From: Octopus bimaculoides
Lineage: Eukaryota
Reading direction: 5' to 3'
Length of the DNA: 42,652 bases
NCBI RefSeq assembly: GCF_001194135.2
Contig: NC_068981.1
Span: 85,044,020-85,086,671, forward strand
The notes under the pieces are model-generated. The model was not told where the DNA came from, did not search any database, and saw only the letters and a list, made by a program, of their open reading frames with translations. Shown piece by piece: positions 35,017 to 42,652 of this stretch (its first letter is position 1; each line of letters opens with the position of its first letter). Both the position numbers and the translations under genes were made by a program.

Positions 35017-36113
35017 ATGTCATGATCGAGTTAATGGAATTTTAACACTTCCAACTCACGAATACTCGTCATGTATACAATTTATGGCAATCTGTCTTTT
35101 TGTTTTTGAGTGGAGTGGGAATCATGTTTAATAAATTATCTATTTGATCTGCAATACAACACAATTTGATTAATACTAATTAAATAAATTACTGAAAGTA
35201 TATCGAGGTTTCAGTTTAGAGTAATTATGAGCTTATCTACAATTGCTGTATATCTTATTAAAAATACTTTGGGTGTATTTATTGGAAATTGATTTTGAAG
35301 TAAAATGGAGGGGTTGCAATGATGAACTCATTAAATTTTTAAATGCTTCAAACTGATTGCGATCACAATCAATAACATGGGTAATATCCTTTAGATATCT
35401 GTAGTTTCATAATCGAAGGAGAAAAACCATTTAAAAAATTTACCAGGAGCCAAAGCAAATAAATATCGGGTTTTCCCAGACATTTTGTCACCTAAATGGA
35501 ATTTAGAAGATATCTACAAATTAAAAGCAATTTTTAGTTGTCTCTGTGTATGTGAAGCGTTTAACATACTCAAAACTGGTACATAGCACGACCTAACCTA
35601 CTTTCCAATAGTCATTTTCACATTACAGTCTTTATTACTGTCTTTAATTCTATATTTGTAAGAGGAATTTCGTTCAAATCGTTGCTCCCAAAAGCATCTG
35701 GTTTTAATTTTATTTTTCCTTTCTAAAGTAATTTTTTGTTTTGAACACAAGTAACATCTTGTTAGTAATTGATAAAAAAAAATAGTACATAAATAAGCAG
35801 ATTGCCAGAAAAAGCGACTTACTGTTTTTGAGGCAGTATGTGGGTGGAATAAAAAAAAAACTTTGCCCTCTGCATTTCTTTAGACACTTTAATGAAATCA
35901 TCCATTAATTGGTACTTATGCGCATACGCTTTTGTGATATTTCTGACTTGATTAAATTATTAGAAAATAATTAATAATCCCATATAAATCAGTGTTCTTA
36001 CTACGAATCAAAAATCATCACAATTAGTAATTTTATAATTTACTAGTGTATATAATTTGTAACAATTATTATTAGTAACAATTATTTTTAAGAATATTCC
36101 GGCTCTTATATTT

Positions 36114-36333
36114 ATTTCTTTATTGTTCACAGGGGGCTAAACACAGAGGGAACAAACAAAGGGTTTAAGTTGATTACACCGACCCCAGTGCGTAACTGGT
36201 ACTTATTTAATCGATCCCGAAAGGATGAAAGGCAAAGTCGTCCTCGGCGGAGTTTGAACTCAGAATGTAACGTCAGACGAAATACCGCTAAGCATATTAC
36301 CCGGCGTGCTAACGATTCTGCCAGCTCGCCGCC
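36114..36333 (-). mobile_element. SINE family C, young full-length copy with 9-bp TSD
   Basis: TSD CTTATATTT at 36105-36113 / 36334-36342; clean head GGCGGCGAGCTGGCAGAATCGTTAGCACGCCGGG. Confidence 0.93.
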
Positions 36334-36341
36334 CTTATATT

Positions 36342-36445
36342 TTCTAAGTTCAAATTACACTGAGGTTAATTTTAGTCTGTTATCCTTTCGGGGTCAATAA
36401 AATAAAGTTCCAGTCAAGTACTGGGACCGATGCTATCGACTACAT
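36342..36445 (+). mobile_element. Older SINE family C copy (3' part) interrupted by the 36114-36333 insertion
   Basis: TTCTAAGTTCAAATTACACTGAGG...ATCCTTTCGGGGTCAATAAAATAAAGTTCCAGTCAAGTACTGGGACCGATG. Confidence 0.75.
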
Positions 36446-36565
36446 CGTTCACCTTTTGCCTATGCCTAAAACCATTATTTACAATATATGGAATTTCTGA
36501 AGGTTACATGAACAATATATAAATTCTATCATTTATTCTATCCTAGAATAGTCTGCTACAAAAAC

Positions 36566-37065
36566 CAGTGGTTCCAAATCTTTCGTTGCTCAGTCACCGA
36601 ACGGAGTTTTATAAATGCTCTCGCTCTATGTTTCGGGGAAAAAAAACAGCAAATTGTTTTTTCCATCAGACAGGAGCTAATTTGTGTAGAGCATTATTAT
36701 CCACGTTTTCGTATATTATATCATCTAGCATATGCTCTAATTAGATGTTTGCGTGGACGAGCGTTCCTTATGTTAAATGTGTATAGAAATTACAGGACTT
36801 ATTCAAAGAAATTATATTAGACGAGGTTCATCATCGGCGATGTTTTCTGCTTACTGATAACACAATGTTCTATATTATTTTCTAATTCCCCCAAAAGAAT
36901 TTTTTAATGAGTTTAAATTTTAAGTATTGTATCTAGTTCAAAAAGTTTATTTCTAATGAATATTATGACCCCCTCTAAACACTCAGTATCCCAGTAGTGC
37001 CTCTGTCCTAATATGAGCTCGAAACGTGCCCAAGGGGGCGCTACTACACAGGTTTAGAATCATTG
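36566..37065. mobile_element. Possible old hAT/Charlie-like non-autonomous element
   Basis: Left end CAGTGGTTCCAAATCTTT; right end GGGGGCGC...ACAGGTTTAGAATCATTG (imperfect inverted match). No 8-bp TSD found. Confidence 0.3.
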
Positions 37066-37359
37066 AATTAGAAGTTAAAAATATTTTACCTTTACAACTT
37101 TCTATGACTATTACACCCTGTTAATTTTGTTTAGTGCCTTGACAAACCAGATCACTCACTGTCCAATCGTTTTATACTCAATAGAGTGTACCTCGAACAT
37201 TTGCTTGATTGCTCTTTCAGAACCATCAGCTACGTGCAGTCTGTGGCAGCTCTGTGAGTAAAGACTGATAATGCGCTGCTGAACAAGCGAGGCTGAAACA
37301 AGGCTGAGTAGCGGTAGCATGTCAGTGATGTCTTGAACTGTGAGGCCATAGTAAGTCCT

Positions 37360-37480
37360 TGATGATCCACCTACTAATCATGAAAATAACGGTAGCTATA
37401 AAATTGATTAATATCAGGAATGTCCCTGGAATGATGGCATTGTTGCTGAACAGGTTCTAAATTAGATGATGAGATATTGG
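37360..37480 (+). mobile_element. Ancient LINE RT domain-0 remnant
   Basis: With two frameshifts: DPPTNHE-ITVAIKLINIRNVPG-NDGIVAEQVL, resembling PPT..EV..AI..LK..KAPG.DGI.AE. Confidence 0.35.
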
Positions 37481-38546
37481 GGCTTTTATCTACCATAGTT
37501 TACACAAAGTCTTCAGCGGTGACCCCCAACAACTACATATATCTTCTTGAATCATTGCAGACAAGGAAGTTGTCAGTGGAACCACCATATCATAGTTTTA
37601 ACATTTTCTTTGTGACTGAGATAATCATCTGGGATATGCTTACGATAATTATCTGGGTTATACAATAACATCAATAATTTTATTTCTAATGCACATCATA
37701 AACCTAAGATAAACCGCTATGAAATAGGAAATCTGAAAAAGCACAAGACTCGTATAAACAATTCACATGTTTTATTATTGTCGTCTAATACTCGCTTCTA
37801 AATATATCAATTAGACATCAATGAGAAATAATCCCAATATAAGATTTATGTTCGGGTCACATTTCTACACTAACGAGATTAAGATGACTGAAAAAATATT
37901 TTGTAAAATGATGCAATGAAATTCCTGGAAGTATATAAATCGTTCATGAGAGAAATACAGAAAAAAAACAGGTCACGATTATTTAAACCGATGACATTAC
38001 AAATTTTATGTATTGAATGTATCCAGTCAGGTATTCATCGATATAATATTCATTTCATACTTATTTTATTGCAGTAATTGAATATATTGTTATTGTATGT
38101 GTGTGTATGTGTATTTCTGCGTGAATAAATAAATGTGTGACTGAGAACTATTCAGATCAAGGTTTGTTGAATTCAAATATTTAAAAAGAATTTAGTGTCC
38201 GAATCATAGGTAGATTGAAGAAAGACGCCCATATAATTTGAGAGAGAAAGTATATACGTAGACTTAGGTATGATTACACATTTGTATGATCTTGCATCTA
38301 CGCAGACTTAGGAACGCGCACGCATGCGTCACTTTATTGTACGACTTATTCAAGAGCCAAACTATTAAATTACCGAAACCCATCTGTCTACTTTTAAGTT
38401 TACTATACTGGTTTATTTTCATTGTATTAGGTTTAGGAAAAATGTAAAATTTCCAGTAATTAAATACCTCCGAAGCATTGTGTTTTAGTAAATTCGAATT
38501 CATGATGTCCTGCTTCTTGATCTTCCCACTCTTTTTGTCTTGGATG

Positions 38547-38932
38547 TTGCTGTTGGCACTCCGTCGCTTACGACGTCGAGGGTTCCAGTTGATCCAATCA
38601 ACGGAACAGCCTGCTCGTGAAATTAACGTGCAAGTGGCTGAGCACTCCACAGACACGTGTACCCTTAACGAAATTCTCGGGGATATTCAGCGTGACACGG
38701 TGTGACAAGGCTGACCCTTTGAATTACAGGCACAACAGAAACAGGAAGTAAGAGTGAGAGAAAGTTGTAATGAAAGAGTACAGCAGGGTTCGCCACCATC
38801 CCCTGCCGGAGCTTCGTGGAGCTTTAGGTGTTTTCGCTCAATAAACACTCACAACGCCCGGTCTTGGAATCGAAACCGCGATCCTATGACTGCGAGTCCA
38901 CTGCTCTAACCACTGGGCCATTGCGCCTACAC
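38547..38932 (-). mobile_element. SINE family A, full length with 10-bp TSD
   Basis: TSD GTCTTGGATG at 38537-38546 / 38933-38942. Confidence 0.95.
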
Positions 38933-39334
38933 GTCTTGGATGATAACTAAAACAATCTTCACAGTAAGACTAGATTTGTTCAAATACACACATTTGACTA
39001 TAATTTTTCCAATATATTTCTCTTATCACTTACTTCAAATGATTATTTCCGCAACAAGAATTACGAAGATAGATTTCCACTACAGAATCACGAACGATAA
39101 TTTAAATGCCTTCTAGTATTTAATTTACAATCAACTACGTTCTAAGTTCGAAGTCTATCAAGAGGAACTTCTTTTGTTTATCCAGGGTCTATCAAATATC
39201 CAGTGAAACAGCAGATCAGTTTAATCGACTACACTTTGAAATGTGTAGCCTTGAATCTCCGTCTGGAAAGAGAACCACTCAATGGAATAGAAAAGTAGTA
39301 GAGTACCAGATAAAATGTTATAAACAATTACAAG

Positions 39335-39440
39335 TACTGTTGACCCCATTGATGTTTAATTGACCCCAAAATTATGAAAGTCGATCTCAGTGGGATTTGA
39401 ACTCACTGTGTATAGAGGGGTAACTAACGCTGAAAGTCAT
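39335..39440 (-). mobile_element. SINE family C, degenerate
   Basis: Reverse complement GTGAGTTCAAATCCCACTGAGATCGACTTTCATAATTTTGGGGTCAATTAAA. Confidence 0.5.
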
Positions 39441-39949
39441 TTTATTTTATCTTTACTGATTTTGTCACTCTACTTCCCTTATTTTTACTATTTCTATATA
39501 GACATTGACAAGATCCGCTGGCAATAGGAATGAGCTATACCACACTGAAATCCGATAAGAGCTAGATAATTAAGTTCTTTATCTATAGACACAGCATAGT
39601 ACTGATGATAGGATACAAGCAGCCAATCTCGCGATTTATAATCCAAAACCTTAATAGCAGTATCCAAACAGTTATCACTTAATAATCTATTCCACTTGGT
39701 TGTAAATATGCAGCGGATAGTACAAATTCTATAAATATCTAATATTTCGTTAAAAAGTTCAACTCTTCCAATGTATATAGCTTGAGCAGAAAGATTGATT
39801 TCACCAGACAAGTTTGCTCTACTTACAGACTGTGCATAAGTAACATTTAATGATGCTCTATCGACCTAATAGCTTATATGTATAGAAGGAAAGCGATGCA
39901 GGGGAACTGATTACTGGGACATACCAAAATTAACGGTGTGGGTCAGAGA

Positions 39950-39985
39950 AAGAGACAGAGAAAAATAAAGAGACAGAGGGAGAAA

Positions 39986-40053
<68 letters not shown>

Positions 40054-40070
40054 GAAAGAGAGCAAGAGAC
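39950..40070. repeat. (AAAG)n/(AG)n microsatellite
   Basis: Direct reading. Confidence 0.92.
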
Positions 40071-41089
40071 AGCTCCACGAACTCATGTTGCAAGGGTGCG
40101 ATCTGATATAAAACTACTGATACTAGAGGGAAGAGACAGATGGATAGTATAAGTGGGGAGTTTTGTCAGAAGATTCACGCATCAGACATAGTTGAAAGTT
40201 TTACGGAATCCAAGCACAACAAGGCTATTTTATTAATTTTCTCGGATGGAAGGGTCTACAGGTTACTAAGGTTAGAGATTAAGTTTCTAATAGTTCTGGT
40301 TTTGTGAAAGCTGGTCATGTGTTTATTAATGAAGCAAAGAGATTCAGTGTGTTGGAAAAAGTTGTCCCCATCACTGTCGTAATATTTTGAAATGTCATCG
40401 GAATTCACAAAAGGGTATCTCACTAGCGCAAAACTATTATAGTATATTAGTTTATTTTGATTGTCTAGTAAGAGAATATACAAATGTTAAAACATTAAAA
40501 CAAATCTTAAGTTGAGTATTATCTGAAACATGTTATGGTCTGGTTATGTTGGTAATTAAGGACTTTTGATATCACAAAAGTGATATAGTGTCACTAACGG
40601 CAAAGTTCCAAATTTAGAAGAGAGATTTGTTTGTTGGAAATCGAAACTTTTCTATAGACCATGAAAAACTTCATTAAACTGAAACCGGTTGATGTATTCA
40701 AGTCATTGGGGCTTTACTTCTATATTATACATCAAAATTATGATTTTATTCCGAATACAGACAACAGAGTGTATCTGATTTATATCGGTGTTGAAACAGA
40801 ATACAGTCGCTACCCATAAACATTTTGTAAAATCCCAATATCATATTTCTTGTTCGTTGTACAAATGATCTTTTACGTGACGTGATCACACAATCTGCTA
40901 AATAACTGTCAAAGCCCAATCAAATGATATATTATACGTGCACTCTATATTCTGCCATGGAGTCGATGACATCTGTAAACATAGGATATTGACATAGCCA
41001 ATACTGGAAAGTTTTCCATCGTAGGTCTCATCAATCTGAATTAATCACGAGCTAAAAAAAGAAGAAAACCAAGAACAAATGTTGTTGTT

Positions 41090-41917
41090 ACTTGTTTAGC
41101 TATGAATCCAAACACACTATACAGTTCCTGTCAAGACAGAGGGTTCTTTTAAATGGCTATGTTCTACAGATCAGGGATTTTATGGGAGTTTTTGGCCTTA
41201 CTACTACTTTAATCCGTAGATTCAGTTTACCTAAAGGTTTTCGAAAACGATACGCTAGTTTGCCTCCAGGAGTAGCATCGATGTATATGATGGTATTTTG
41301 GGCTGTTATTGTATGAGTTGGTCTAACATATCTTCCTCTTCCTCTTATTCCTTTCTGTACTATTCCATGATTTACTCCTGTATAGCGTGCAGATCTCATT
41401 TGTGTCATTCCATATGACGGTATTGAATTTTGTCATGGCTCCGTTGCACATCCTGTATCTTTGGTTGCAGTCAGAGGACTACATGCAACAAATGAAGTGC
41501 TGTTGCTGTCTCGTTAATTCCGTTGGGTTGCACATGTGGAACACGTTTCTCATCACCTTTATCAAATTGTCTTTCAAGATATTGAACTTAGTATTATCCG
41601 CAATTGCTGTGTTCCAGTGGGTCAGGTATTTGAAGGCCATGGGTTTGGAACAGGGCGAACAGAGAATTGAACTTTATTATTCCTAGTTTACAGCCAGAAT
41701 TCAGTGTCTAAAACAGTATCTGCGGTTGGAGTGCTTACTAACGTAATCTATTGTTACCTTAATGCTCTGGTGGATGGAGTGAGCTATCTGCCAGATGCCC
41801 TCCATAGTACTAGCTTCAGGTTCGTAGATATTGTCTTGTGGAGCTGCTTTTGCTACTATGATGGTATCATCAACATAGCGAGAATACAAGATTAGAGTTA
41901 TAGAGTTCTCTGCCCCA
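41090..41917 (-). mobile_element. Decayed Penelope-like element (RT C-terminal half, thumb and linker)
   Basis: LYSRYVDDTIIV...IAHSIHQSIKVTIDY...VLDTEFWL...SKPMAFKYLTH...LYRSKSWNSTER...IIYIDATPGGKL...LRIKVVVRPKTPIK...PFKRTLCLDRNCIVC; stops and frameshifts. Confidence 0.75.
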
Positions 41918-41952
41918 TTGTTATTATTATTATTATTATCATCATAATTACC
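41918..41952. repeat. (AAT)n microsatellite shared by the PLE 5' junction and the R4/Dong 3' end
   Basis: Direct reading. Confidence 0.9.
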
Positions 41953-41954
41953 AC

Positions 41955-42205
41955 AGTTATTCAGTAATCTTATTTTTATCACGTGCCTTCACTGCACTAC
42001 TGAGTGCAGCTTCGTGTGCCTTGGGCATGTACTGTGGTTTGTTTTCGTGTTGCTATTTTCACAGTATTGAAAGTGCTTTATGTAGAATGTGTGCGGTGCC
42101 TAGTTGTACTATTTCCTATGTGTTATATATATCCGTAAGTCCTGCTGTTTTGGTTATGTATCTGTCTGTGTGTTTCTAATAATACTTAATGCACCTTACT
42201 ATTTT
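41955..42205 (-). mobile_element. R4/Dong-clade non-LTR retrotransposon extreme 3' fragment
   Basis: IV-GALSII...RYITKTAGLTDIYNT*EIVQLGTAHILHKALSIL*, homologous to the C-terminus at 16760-16870; 3' UTR hairpin CTGCACT-CAGT-AGTGCAG; ends towards (AAT)n. Confidence 0.78.
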
Positions 42206-42366
42206 GGTTTGACCCAACTTTGTACTGGCAGACGAAATGCCGATAACGGACGGGAAATTAGACCAATACACGATACACGGAATATTCGAGTCAATGACAC
42301 AAAATATCAAAGCAGTTTTGCACCAGTTCCCATTGATACTGCTCTATTTTGCAGGCTCACTTCCTT

Positions 42367-42370
42367 AATG

Positions 42371-42419
<49 letters not shown>
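42367..42419. repeat. (AAT)n microsatellite
   Basis: Direct reading. Confidence 0.95.
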
Positions 42420-42420
<1 letters not shown>

Positions 42421-42421
42421 G

Positions 42422-42477
42422 GAATAAGAAGAATAAGCACCGGGCTGAATAAGAAGAATAAGCACCGGGCTGAATAA
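42422..42477. repeat. Exact 25-bp tandem duplication (2.2 copies)
   Basis: GAATAAGAAGAATAAGCACCGGGCT twice, plus GAATAA. Confidence 0.92.
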
Positions 42478-42652
42478 CAACATGGATGTGCTACACCGGG
42501 CTCCCTATACAAAAACATATCTAATCCAATAACATCGATGGAATTAGCCAAAAGAACCGGTGGAAGATTTGAAGGAAGCGGTCTTTTAACGAAGATAATT
42601 TTTTTAAGAATATTTTTTATTCTTAAAAAATGAAATTTCACTGCAATACAAA

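Noticed and set aside
39494-39811. 105-codon minus-strand ORF
   Set aside because: No recognisable motif, non-ATG start, and no good splice signals bracketing it.

Overview
AT-rich eukaryotic non-coding DNA, almost certainly from a coleoid cephalopod. The three tRNA-derived SINE families and the (TA)n/(CATA)n/(AAT)n microsatellite load match what I recognise from Octopus; this is an inference, not a database result. I can call no host gene with confidence, only weak candidate exons. Most ORF-track entries are microsatellite, N-gap or antisense artefacts. The window holds many transposon remnants: Hero-like, CRE-like and two R4/Dong-like RLE retrotransposon fragments; a young RTE 3' fragment with TSD; Tx1/L1-like ORF1 and ORF2 remnants; three Penelope-like fragments; a full-length but dead DD41D (rosa) Tc1/mariner; an internally deleted DD37D (maT) element; and over 15 SINE copies. 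Most notable: (1) a 310-bp foldback element at a (TA)n tract whose spacer carries a minimal type I hammerhead ribozyme (23181-23223, minus); (2) a ~450-bp palindromic element whose arms each carry an outward-facing tRNA-like Pol III head (13511-13956), nested in the central microsatellite of a split SINE; (3) a 152-bp insertion flanked by an exact 33-bp duplication and near-identical to a locus 5.4 kb away (1841-1992 vs 7259-7410). All translations, alignments and counts were done by eye; family names come from motif recall.
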